Below, one piece after another: positions 27,591 to 36,303 of a stretch of DNA of 36,303 nt. A program made the position numbers and the translations under genes. The notes under the pieces are model-generated. The model had not been told where the DNA came from. It did not search any database and worked only from the letters and a program-made list of their open reading frames with translations. This DNA comes from Lysobacteraceae bacterium (GTDB lineage: Bacteria; Pseudomonadota; Gammaproteobacteria; DSM-19610): assembly GCA_020201295.1 (NCBI GenBank), contig JAIVHA010000009.1, positions 1 through 36,303 on the forward strand, read 5' to 3'. Numbering within the stretch: position 1 is the first letter of the stretch; each line of letters opens with the position of its first letter.

Positions 27591-28123
27591 TGTAACAGTG
27601 CTGCAACATATTTTGTTGTTCTGGTAGCTTGTAGCACTTGACCCGTGACTCTGTGCAAGGCGACGTGGTCAGTTCTCCTCCAAACCTCTTGTTATTCTTT
27701 GGCGTCTGTATCGGCACCTGTCTGCACTAGAGCAAGTGCCATGCCAGGTATGTCAATATATTGTTTTGAAGCGGGTAATTTGTCATGAAGGGTCATACCG
27801 GGCGCTGACAATTCGTTTTTTGTAAAATTATTCGTCAGACTGTAACAGATTTGTGAACGGGGCGATTTTAAGAAAATACAATATTAACAATCAGATGTAA
27901 TATATCTCTGAGGAAAATCAAGGAAAAATTTTCCTTGTCAGGAATTTCGACAAGTTCTGACCCGGCCAAGCGCGCGGAGATCCATGCCCCAAACCCCGCG
28001 AAAGCGGGGCGCAAGCCCGTCTCAAGGCTTCCCTTTTATACGATTTCCAGTAGAATGCGCCGTTTACCCGTGGCCCGAATCCGGGCCGGTTTGTTGTGGA
28101 TTTTCGATAGAGGAAAGAATTTC

Positions 28124-28372
28124 ATGGTGACCATTCGAATGACTCGGGGCGGCGCCAAGAAGCGGCCCTTTTACCATCTGGTGGTGACCGACAGCCGTAA
28201 CCGTCGCGATGGCCGCTACATCGAGCGTATTGGCTTCTTCAACCCCATTGCCACCGGCCAGGAAGAACGCCTGCGGATCGACGTGGAACGCGCTGAATAC
28301 TGGATTGGCAAGGGCGCGCAGACCTCCGATCGGGTCGCGAGCCTGTTGAAGGAAAGCAAGAAGGCCGCTTGA
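28124..28372 (+). CDS. rpsP: 30S ribosomal protein S16
   Basis: [47 protein letters not shown] Shine-Dalgarno at 28110-28115. The ORF-track start at 27935 is an upstream extension. Confidence 0.95.
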   Translation: MVTIRMTRGGAKKRPFYHLVVTDSRNRRDGRYIERIGFFNPIATGQEERLRIDVERAEYWIGKGAQTSDRVASLLKESKKAA

Positions 28373-28422
28373 CGGTGCGTTGCCCTGGCCGGCGCCCCGA
28401 TTCCGCGCTGTCCCCGGAGTTC

Positions 28423-28953
28423 ATGGTGATACAGGCAGACAAGGCGGAGAGCCCCGATACCCGGGTGACGGTGGGGCGCATAACCGGGGTGTACGGTGTC
28501 AAGGGGTGGTTGCGCATCTACTCCTATACCGAACCCCGCGCCAATATACTCGAGTACAACCCCTGGCAGCTGCGGCTGGCGGACGGTTGGCACAGCGTGG
28601 AATTGCTGGATGGCAAGGCCCATGGCAAGGGTGTGATCGCGCACCTGGCCGGTTGCGAGGATCGTGATCAGGCCGCCCGCTGGGTGGATGTGGAAATCGC
28701 GGTGCGGCGTGAACAGTTGCCAGCCGCCGAGGCCGGGGAATTCTACTGGCGTGATCTCATTGGCCTGCGGGTGATCACCACCGCCGGCCAGGAACTGGGA
28801 GTCGTGGATCACCTGCTGGAAACGGGCGCCAATGATGTATTGGTGGTCCAGGGTGAGCATGAGCGCCTCATACCCTATGCAGTGGGAGAGGTGGTCACGG
28901 CGGTGGACCTGGAGGCCGGCGAGCTGCACGTGGACTGGGATCCCGAGTACTGA
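28423..28953 (+). CDS. rimM: 16S rRNA processing protein RimM
   Basis: [24 protein letters not shown] and a PRC-barrel C-terminus. Start placed at ATG 28423, preceded by GGAG. Confidence 0.85.
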   Translation: MVIQADKAESPDTRVTVGRITGVYGVKGWLRIYSYTEPRANILEYNPWQLRLADGWHSVELLDGKAHGKGVIAHLAGCEDRDQAARWVDVEIAVRREQLPAAEAGEFYWRDLIGLRVITTAGQELGVVDHLLETGANDVLVVQGEHERLIPYAVGEVVTAVDLEAGELHVDWDPEY

Positions 28954-28957
28954 GCCC

Positions 28958-29695
28958 ATGCGCATTGATGTGGTCACCCTGTTTCCGGAGCTGGTGCAGA
29001 CCCTGACGGAACACGGGATCCCGCGCCGGGCCGCCGAGCGGGGCCTGTTGCGACTGGCAACCTGGAATCCGCGCGACTACACCAGGGACCGGCATCGCAG
29101 CGTGGATGACCGGCCCTATGGCGGCGGCCCCGGCATGGTGATGCGGGTGGAGCCTCTCCAGGCGGCTATCCAGGCGGCGCGCCAGGCGGACGTGGCGGCG
29201 CCGGTGATCTACCTGTCGCCCCAGGGGCGACGGCTGGACCAGGCCGGGGTGCGTGAGCTGGCCCGGCGACCCCGGTTGATCCTGGTGGCTGGTCGCTACG
29301 AGGGTATTGACGAACGCCTCATCGAGGCCGAGGTCGACGAGGAATGGTCCATCGGCGACTATGTGCTGAGCGGCGGTGAGCTGGCGGCCATGGTGCTGGC
29401 GGATGCGGTGACACGGTTGTTACCCGGCGCGTTGGGTGACGCGGATTCCGCCGGGCAGGACTCTTTCATGGAAGGCCTGCTGGACTATCCGCACTATACG
29501 CGGCCGGAAGAGGTCGCTGGCCGGCGGGTGCCGGAGGTGCTGCTCGGTGGCAACCATGCCGAGATCGAGCGCTGGCGACGCCAGCAGGCTTTGGGCAGGA
29601 CCCGGGAACGACGCCCGGACCTGCTGGAACTGCTGGAGCTGGACGAGGAACAACAGGCGCTGCTGGCGGAATACCTTCGACAGCGTGACGTGTGA
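28958..29695 (+). CDS. trmD: tRNA (guanine37-N1)-methyltransferase TrmD
   Basis: [11 protein letters not shown]..., [34 protein letters not shown]. Start placed at ATG 28958. Confidence 0.9.
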   Translation: MRIDVVTLFPELVQTLTEHGIPRRAAERGLLRLATWNPRDYTRDRHRSVDDRPYGGGPGMVMRVEPLQAAIQAARQADVAAPVIYLSPQGRRLDQAGVRELARRPRLILVAGRYEGIDERLIEAEVDEEWSIGDYVLSGGELAAMVLADAVTRLLPGALGDADSAGQDSFMEGLLDYPHYTRPEEVAGRRVPEVLLGGNHAEIERWRRQQALGRTRERRPDLLELLELDEEQQALLAEYLRQRDV

Positions 29696-29783
29696 GGAGT
29701 TAGGAGTGTAGGAGTTAGGAGTTAGGAGTTAGGTAACCGATGCTTTGTGGAGATTCTCACTCCTCACTCCTCACTCCTCACTC
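29696..29783. repeat. inverted heptamer arrays: (GGAGTTA)x5 (one unit GGAGTGTA), 22-nt spacer, (CTCACTC)x4
   Basis: Tandem units were read directly at 29696-29733 and 29756-29783. The reverse complement of the right array is (GAGTGAG)n, so the arms pair with one mismatch per 7 nt. Confidence 0.85.
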
Positions 29784-29839
29784 GAAGAATTGAAACTGAA
29801 ACCAAGGCAGATTGCTTTTACCGTTGTGGGGATCGAACC

Positions 29840-30184
29840 ATGAGCAACATCATCAAAGAATTGGAACAGGAACAGCTGAAGAAGGACATCCCGGATTTCG
29901 GTCCCGGCGACACCGTGGTCGTGCAGGTGAAGGTGGTGGAAGGTACCCGTGAGCGTCTGCAGGCCTTCGAGGGCGTCGTCATTGCCAAGCGGAACCGTGG
30001 TATCAACTCCGCCTTTACGGTACGCAAGATCTCCCATGGGGAGGGCGTGGAGCGTGTGTTCCAGACCCACAGCCCGGTGGTGCAGGAAATCCAGGTGAAG
30101 CGTCGTGGCGACGTACGTCGTGCCAAGCTGTACTACCTGCGCGACCTGTCCGGCAAGGCCGCCCGTATCAAGGAAAAGATCTAG
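29840..30184 (+). CDS. rplS: 50S ribosomal protein L19
   Basis: [49 protein letters not shown]. The ORF-track start at 29747 is an upstream extension. Confidence 0.95.
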   Translation: MSNIIKELEQEQLKKDIPDFGPGDTVVVQVKVVEGTRERLQAFEGVVIAKRNRGINSAFTVRKISHGEGVERVFQTHSPVVQEIQVKRRGDVRRAKLYYLRDLSGKAARIKEKI

Positions 30185-30336
30185 GAGCCTGTCGGACTTA
30201 GGACTGATCTACTGCGCCGGTGGGAGAGCGGTCCATTTTTCCGATCCTTTTCGTCGAATAGCTACGGCTATTCTCCTCAAACGATCGAAAAACTGTCCTC
30301 GCTCTCCCACCTTGCTCGCTACGATCGCCTAAGCCG
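30181..30336. mobile_element. hairpin MITE, copy 2 (right terminus truncated)
   Basis: It starts with ctaggagcctgtcggactta, where the TAG is the rplS stop codon. It shares ...gatcta(t/c)tgcgccgg(c/t)gggagagcgg... and ...ctctcccaccttgctcgctacgatcgc... with copy 1. The right inverted repeat ends after cctaag. Confidence 0.75.
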
Positions 30337-30349
30337 GGAGACCCCGCCC

Positions 30350-32143
30350 TTGCCCACGATCATCACACCCCTGAGAAACCTGCTGCTCATCCTGCTGTGC
30401 GGCCTGCTGTTGAGCCGGCCCGCTGCCTCCATGGAGGATGATCTCAGCCTGTCGGAGCTGGCCATGCTGGCGAGAGTCGGCGCCCCGCAGCTGGCCCTGC
30501 GGCACCTGGATGCCCAGCAACCCGCCTATGCCGAGGACCCCGTCACCTGGATGGGGCTGGAGCGGGAGCGCGTCTACCTGCTGCGGACCCTGGGAGACGT
30601 GGATACCGTGATCGAACGGCTGGCGGCACTGCCGCTGGATGTGTCCGTGGATTTCCGTCGCTGGGCTCATACCGAGTGGGCTTCCGCCCTGCTGGAACAA
30701 CAGCGCCCCGGTGAAGCCCTGGGGGTGTTGCGCGACCTGTTATGGAATGCGGCCGACGCGCAAATGGACACCCTCATGCGCTGGCGGCGCATGGTGATCC
30801 AGTCCTATCTGCTGGATGCCGGCCTGGAGGATGCCCGCAGCGCGCTGGTGCGCTACCAGCAGGATTTCGGTGCCGGTGGCCGGGAATGGAATCAACTGCG
30901 GCTGCGTGTACTGCTGCAGACGGAGCGGTACGAGGAAATGCTGGCCTTGTCCACGGAAACCGAGGACGCGATGGGCACGGTATTGCGGTTGGCGGCCCGC
31001 TTGCGCAGTGGGGCCTTGACGGCCGAGGAAGTTCACCAGGCGGCACGCCGCCTCGCGCTGGCCGGGGATACCGCCCCGGCGGCCCGGGCCCTGGCCTGGC
31101 AGCTGGCGGTGGAGGCGGCTCGGGGCCTGCCGCCGTTGCAGTATATCGACACCCTGGAACAGGCCCTGGCGCTACCGCGTGAGGCTCAGCCGGAGTGGGT
31201 GTTGTTCGAGGTGACGGGCGACCTGCTATGGGACGCCTGGTTGGCCCATGGTCGCAAGCTGGGCAACCAGGAGCAGCGCCTGCTGGGCGCCGACGACGAT
31301 TGGTATTTCCCCGCCACCGAGGCACTGGAAAAGGATCCGCTGCGGGCACGCGTCCTGTTCACCGTGCTCAGCGCCCATGGCAGCACACCGGAACGCCGCG
31401 AACTGGCCCACGAGTACCTGGTTTCCCTGCTCGCGGCCCTGCCTCGGGGAGAGCAGCTGGTGCAGCGTCTGTACCTGGACTCGCGCCGCTTCGAGGACAG
31501 CGACCAGCTGCCCGGGGTGATCCGTTATCGACTCATCGACGAGGCGCTGGAGGGCGGTGACCTGCGGCTCGCTTCGCGGCTGATGCAGGATATGGCGCAA
31601 CCCCCGCCCGGGGCCGATGCGATGGAATGGGGGCTGCGGCGGGCACGGGTGGCCATCCATACTGGGCAGGCGGAACAGGGGGCGGCCATGCTGGCCAGTC
31701 TGCTGGAGGATGAACGCCCGTTGGTTGACGAGCAACTGGACCGCTGGGTGCAGGTGGTGTTCGACCTGCAGACGGTGACGGCCCACCAGCAGGCCATCGA
31801 CCTGTTCGAACGCCTGCTGCTACGGGAAATGATCACCCAGCGCGCACGTGAGATACTGTTCTGGCAAGCCGATTCCTGGCAGGCACTGGGCAAGCCGGCG
31901 CGGGCCGCCTATCTTTACCTGCAGTCGGCCACGCTGACCGACCCTTCCGCCATGGACCCCTGGGCGCAGACGGCCCGTTACCATGCCGCCCAGTCCCTGG
32001 CCGAGGCCGGTCTGCTGGAAGATGCGCGACGCGTCTACCAGACCCTGCTCAACAGTACCCGCGAGCCGGGGCGGCGGGCCATGCTGCTCAACGAGATCCA
32101 GCGGCTGCGATTGCGTGCCGCGGCACGGGAGGTGCGTTCATGA
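30350..32143 (+). CDS. secreted/periplasmic all-helical (TPR-like) repeat protein of unknown function
   Basis: TTG start with GGGAG 9 nt upstream. Signal peptide LLLILLCGLLLSRPAAS. 597 aa rich in Leu/Ala/Arg/Glu, and no catalytic motif I can name. Confidence 0.55.
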   Translation: MPTIITPLRNLLLILLCGLLLSRPAASMEDDLSLSELAMLARVGAPQLALRHLDAQQPAYAEDPVTWMGLERERVYLLRTLGDVDTVIERLAALPLDVSVDFRRWAHTEWASALLEQQRPGEALGVLRDLLWNAADAQMDTLMRWRRMVIQSYLLDAGLEDARSALVRYQQDFGAGGREWNQLRLRVLLQTERYEEMLALSTETEDAMGTVLRLAARLRSGALTAEEVHQAARRLALAGDTAPAARALAWQLAVEAARGLPPLQYIDTLEQALALPREAQPEWVLFEVTGDLLWDAWLAHGRKLGNQEQRLLGADDDWYFPATEALEKDPLRARVLFTVLSAHGSTPERRELAHEYLVSLLAALPRGEQLVQRLYLDSRRFEDSDQLPGVIRYRLIDEALEGGDLRLASRLMQDMAQPPPGADAMEWGLRRARVAIHTGQAEQGAAMLASLLEDERPLVDEQLDRWVQVVFDLQTVTAHQQAIDLFERLLLREMITQRAREILFWQADSWQALGKPARAAYLYLQSATLTDPSAMDPWAQTARYHAAQSLAEAGLLEDARRVYQTLLNSTREPGRRAMLLNEIQRLRLRAAAREVRS

Positions 32144-32637
32144 AAGAGGATGCCTTTGACCTGGTCCTGCCAACCCCGCTGGGGCGCCTGGGGGTGCACA
32201 TGGCGGGAGAACGGCTGCGCGCCATCGAGTACCTGGGCAAGGATGTGCTGCTGAAGCCGGGACGCAGCATGGCCAGCCGGCGCGTGGCCAGTCTGCTGGA
32301 GATCTATTTTCACGACGGCCGCGCCGCCCTGGAATTGCCGCCCCTGCTGCTGGAAGGTACCCCCTTCCAGCAGCGGGTCTGGCAGGCGCTGTGTGTCATT
32401 CCGCCTGGCACGACCCTGACCTATGGCGCCCTGGCCGCGCGCCTGGGCAGTGGTGCGCGGGCCATTGGCGGAGCCTGCCGGGAAAACCCCGTCCCCATCC
32501 TCGTGCCCTGCCATCGGGTGGTGGGCAAGACCGGTGGCGGCGGCTATTCCGGGCACACCCAGGGACCGATGATGGCGCGCAAATACTGGCTGCTGGCCCA
32601 CGAGGGCGCGGTGGAATACCTGCCGGTCGCGCTGTGA
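32140..32637 (+). CDS. ogt: methylated-DNA--protein-cysteine methyltransferase (MGMT/Ogt family)
   Basis: Active-site PCHRV (VPILVPCHRVVG), preceded by TYGALAARLGSGARAIGGACRENP. The start overlaps the upstream stop (ATGA). Confidence 0.8.
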   Translation: MKEDAFDLVLPTPLGRLGVHMAGERLRAIEYLGKDVLLKPGRSMASRRVASLLEIYFHDGRAALELPPLLLEGTPFQQRVWQALCVIPPGTTLTYGALAARLGSGARAIGGACRENPVPILVPCHRVVGKTGGGGYSGHTQGPMMARKYWLLAHEGAVEYLPVAL

Positions 32638-32668
32638 GCGCTGGTGGCGATTTTTTCCAGTTTCGATA

Positions 32669-32697
32669 CTTGAAAAGTGCGTGCCGGGCCCTCACCT
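32669..32697 (+). promoter_or_regulatory. candidate sigma-32 (heat-shock) promoter for htpG-hslR
   Basis: CTTGAAA (32669-32675), a 13-nt spacer, then CCCTCACCT. This resembles the CTTGAAA-N13-15-CCCCATnT consensus and lies about 45 nt upstream of the htpG ATG. Confidence 0.4.
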
Positions 32698-32741
32698 ACA
32701 AACCACATTCCGTTTTGTGAACCAACAGGTGAGTTCGACCC

Positions 32742-34636
32742 ATGACCATCGAAGCCCATAAGGAAACCCTCGAGTTTCAGACCGAAGTACGCCAGCTGCT
32801 CAAGCTGATGATCCACTCCTTGTATTCCAATAAGGAGATCTTCCTGCGCGAATTGGTCTCCAACGCCTCTGACGCCTGCGACAAGCTGCGCTTCGAGGCC
32901 CTGGGAGATGATGCCCTGTACGAAGGTGATCAGGGTACGGAGATCCGTGTCGATATCGACAAGCAAGCCCGCACCATCACCCTTCACGACAAGGGCATCG
33001 GCATGAGCCGCCAGGAGGTGGTAGACAACATCGGTACCATTGCCAAGTCCGGCACCCGCCAGTTCTTCGAATCCCTGACCGGTGACCAGGGCAAGGACAG
33101 CAGGCTCATCGGCCAGTTTGGCGTAGGTTTCTATTCCGCCTTCATCGTGGCCGACAAGGTCACCCTCGTGACCCGGCGCGCCGGCCTGGGCGCGGAGCAT
33201 GGGGTGCGCTGGGAGTCGGACGGCGCAGGCAGTTACAGCCTGGAGACGGTGGAGAAGGCCACACGCGGTACCAGCGTCACCCTGCACCTGCGCGAGGGCG
33301 AGGACGAGTTCCTGGAACCCTACCGCGTGCGTTCCATCATCACCCGCTATTCCGACCACATCTCCCTGCCCATCCAGATGAAATCCACGGACGCGGACAA
33401 GGCGGACGAGTACGAAACCGTCAACAAGGCCTCGGCCCTGTGGGCGCGACCCAAGCGCGACATCAGCGACGAAGAGTACAAGGAGTTCTACAAGCACGTG
33501 GGTCACGACTTCGAGGAACCGCTGGCCTGGACCCACAACCATGTGGAAGGCACTCAGGAATACACCACCCTGTTCTATATCCCCAAGCGGGCGCCTTTCG
33601 ATCTCTGGGATCGTGAACGCCGCCACGGTATCAAGCTGTATGTGCGTCGCGTGTTCATCATGGACGATGCCGAACAGCTGATGCCCCAGTACCTGCGCTT
33701 CGTGCGTGGCGTAGTGGATTCGGATGACCTGCCCTTGAACGTGTCGCGCGAAATCCTGCAGCACAACAAGGTCATCGATACGATTCGTGGCGCCTCGGTG
33801 AAGAAGGTGCTGGGTCTGCTGGAAACCATGGCGAAGGACGAGCCGGAACAGTACCGCGAGTTCTGGCAGGAGTTCGGCCGCGTGTTGAAGGAGGGGCCGG
33901 GCGAGGACTTCGGTAATCGCGAGCGTATCGCCGGGCTGTTGCGTTTCGCCAGTACCCATGCGGACAAGGAAGAACAGAGCGTCTCTTTGCAGGATTATAT
34001 CGACCGCATGAAGGAAGACCAGGGCAAGGTCTATTATGTTACCGCCGACAGCTTCGCCGCCGCGAAGAACAGTCCCCATTTGGAGGTGTTCCGCAAGCAT
34101 GGCATCGAGGTGCTGCTGCTGTCCGACCGGGTGGACGACTGGATGATCTCTCACCTGAACGAATTCGACGGCAAGCCGCTGGTGTCCATCGCCAAGGGCG
34201 ACCTGGACCTGGGCAAACTGGAGGATGAGCAGGAAAAGGAACAGGTGGAAAAGGCCGCCGACGAATACAAGGATGTGCTGGAACGCATGCAGACGGCGTT
34301 GGGTGACAAGGTGAAGGAGGTGCGTATGAGCCACCGTCTGACCCGTTCACCTTCCTGCCTGGTACTGGAAGAACATGACATGGCCATGCATATGCAGAAG
34401 ATCCTGCAGCAGGCCGGTCACAGTCTCCCGGTGAGCAAGCCGATCCTGGAGATCAATCCCGGCCACGCCCTGGTACAGCGCCTGAAGGCGGAGACCGAGG
34501 AGCAGCGCTTCGGCGACTGGAGTCATGTGCTGTTCGACCAGGCCATGCTCAGTGAGGGTGGGCAGCTGGAGGATCCTGCCACCTTCGTGCGGCGTCTCAA
34601 TGAACTGCTGGTGACACTGGGAGGATCGACACCGTC

Positions 34637-34640
<4 letters not shown>
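32742..34640 (+). CDS. htpG: molecular chaperone HtpG (Hsp90)
   Basis: [29 protein letters not shown], and length 632 aa. Confidence 0.95.
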
Positions 34641-35029
<389 letters not shown>

Positions 35030-35079
35030 GCAGGCCGTTGCGCGGCCAGGGCACGACCTGTGGTGGACCATTACGCGCA

Positions 35080-35142
35080 TTCGCGGCCAAGGCCGCTCCT
35101 ACGGGTGCACGAGTACCCTGTAGGAGCGGCCTTGGCCGCGAA
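35080..35142. repeat. REP hairpin (ttcgcggccaaggccgctcctac / gtaggagcggccttggccgcgaa), same family as the pair nested at 20220-20289
   Basis: Perfect 23-bp inverted repeat with a 17-nt loop, between convergent hslR and the receiver-domain gene. Confidence 0.8.
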
Positions 35143-35208
35143 GAGGTTTGCATGAGCAGCCGCAGGAGCGTGCTCTGCCCGCGAACCCGGTCGTCGTCAG
35201 GCGAAAAC

Positions 35209-35895
35209 CTAGCAATATGCCGCGCGCACCGGTTCGTCGTAGTGGGCGATCAGGGCCCAGAGAATGGGAATCATGGGGTCGCTGCCGGCGGCGGTATTGA
35301 GCACCAGGGGCAGGTTGGCCGGCCGGGATTCCAGCAACTGCAGGGCGTGGTTATGCAGTGACTCGCCGCTGTCCATATTGATCAGCGCCAGGTCGTATTC
35401 GCCTCGCAGCAGGGCCAGCTCCGTCTCCTGGGCATCCCGGGTGCGCACCAGTCGTGCCTGGTGACCCAGGGTGTCCCGCACCAGCCGGGCTTGCTCATCA
35501 TCGTCGTCTACCTGCAGTACCCGCGGGCGCCATCCGGCTGCCCGTTGGCTGGCCTGTTTGAGGGCGAACACCAGGCGTGCCTGGTTGGCGGTCTTGTCGA
35601 GCCAGTCCGGCGCCTGCTGCGACTGCCGAAGCTTGCGCTGGCGCGTGGTCAGGACCATCAGGGGCAGATCCGCGTACTGGCGGCGGATGTCCAGGGCCAG
35701 GGAGATGCCGTCCTGGTCGGGCAGCAGCAGGTCGATGGCCACGCCATCGTAGAACTGGCGGCGCAGCAGGCGCCGGGCCTCCACTACATTGCCCGCCAGT
35801 TCCACCTGGATACCGGCCCGGCGCAGCTGGGTGGCCAGGGGATGTTGTCCATCATGGGAGGCTTCGCATAACAGGATGCAGGGTGTACCGCTCAT
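35209..35895 (-). CDS. stand-alone tandem receiver (REC-REC) domain protein, no output domain
   Basis: There are two CheY-like modules: ILLCEASHDG...VAIDLLLPDQDG...LMVLT, and VLQVDDDDEQ...DLALINMDSG...LVLNT. Start placed at ATG 35895 (MSGTPCILL). Confidence 0.6.
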   Translation of the reverse strand: MSGTPCILLCEASHDGQHPLATQLRRAGIQVELAGNVVEARRLLRRQFYDGVAIDLLLPDQDGISLALDIRRQYADLPLMVLTTRQRKLRQSQQAPDWLDKTANQARLVFALKQASQRAAGWRPRVLQVDDDDEQARLVRDTLGHQARLVRTRDAQETELALLRGEYDLALINMDSGESLHNHALQLLESRPANLPLVLNTAAGSDPMIPILWALIAHYDEPVRAAYC

Positions 35896-36171
35896 TCTCG
35901 GCCCTTGTATCGATTCTGGAGTGATGCCAGGGACATCACCCAATGATTTTTTTCTGGCGCGCAGCCGCGCCACATGCCTGTTTATAACGGCCCGGCGGCG
36001 GTTTTTTTTAGCCCCGCCGGTGCGCCACCGCACTTTGTGGCTCCACCCCTGTAATCGCCGTGGGAATATGCATTTTCGTAGGGAAATGCGTAACATGGAC
36101 GGCGCCGGCCCGGGCCCTGAGACCGTGAGCCGGCACAGCCCTGAACCCTTGATCCTAAAAAACTCATTTCA

Positions 36172-36303
36172 GCCACGGAAGAACACGGAAGACACGGAAT
36201 AAAACCTCGTCGTGAGGCCTCGACGCAGCACCTGGAGGATGAGGCGGGCTTTTGTGTCAAGCATATGATCTTGTCCGTGTTTTTCCGTGTGATTCCGTGG
36301 CGA
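36172..36303. repeat. ACGGAA-iteron element, copy 3 (runs to the window edge)
   Basis: Ends are gccACGGAAgaacACGGAAgacACGGAA and gTCCGTgtttTTCCGTgtgaTTCCGTggcga, with the same architecture and 9-10-bp phasing as copies 1 and 2. Confidence 0.75.

Noticed and set aside
27575-27740. About 54-codon minus-strand ORF (GTG start) running through the AT-rich island and the terminator hairpin
   Set aside because: There is no Shine-Dalgarno before the GTG. The only SD-like GGAGGAG is followed by a CTG. The reading frame passes through the terminator stem, and the composition is not protein-like. I treat it as non-coding.
28030-28056. TAGAAT at 28051-28056 as the -10 of an rpsP promoter
   Set aside because: The hexamer 17 nt upstream (cttccc) is a poor -35. 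Several equally weak combinations exist in this AT-rich spacer, so no single promoter can be supported.
29696-29783. Possibility that the heptamer arrays are a CRISPR array or a coding repeat
   Set aside because: The units are 7 nt with no spacers, there are no cas genes nearby, and stops occur in all frames. This is a simple-sequence inverted repeat, not a CRISPR array.

Overview
High-GC gammaproteobacterial core-genome window, almost fully coding and strongly syntenic with E. coli/Pseudomonas. Gene order is amiB (5' partial)-mutL-miaA-hfq-hflX-hflK-hflC-yjeT-hisZ-purA, tRNA-Leu(CAG), rnr-(OmpA-like)-rlmB, then rpsF-priB-rpsR-(membrane protein)-rplI-dnaB-alr-radA. The minus strand then carries an FHA-FHA-PilZ gene, msrB, a corB/yfjD-like gene and a ypjD-like gene. 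These are followed by a class-II cyclic-nucleotide phosphodiesterase, ffh, rpsP-rimM-trmD-rplS, a secreted helical-repeat protein coupled to an MGMT-family gene, htpG-hslR and a tandem-receiver protein. I see no prophage, integrase, CRISPR array or recognisable defence island, and I cannot point to a convincing new multi-gene system. The unexplained signal is mostly non-coding or structural. (1) Five conserved genes (purA, an OmpA-like lipoprotein, radA, corB-like, phosphodiesterase) each have an out-of-frame internal gap. (2) A ~160-bp hairpin MITE with perfect 22-bp termini sits exactly on the TAG stop codons of rpsF and rplS. (3) Three copies of an element have ends that are triple ACGGAA/TTCCGT repeats phased at 10 bp, and each copy lies just upstream of a gene start. 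(4) Inverted heptamer arrays (GGAGTTA)5 / (CTCACTC)4 lie between trmD and rplS. (5) A perfect 27-bp inverted repeat lies between mutL and miaA. (6) A ~41% GC island lies between ffh and rpsP, with a terminator oriented for an unannotated minus-strand transcript. All calls rest on reading the translations and the DNA by eye; no database search was possible.
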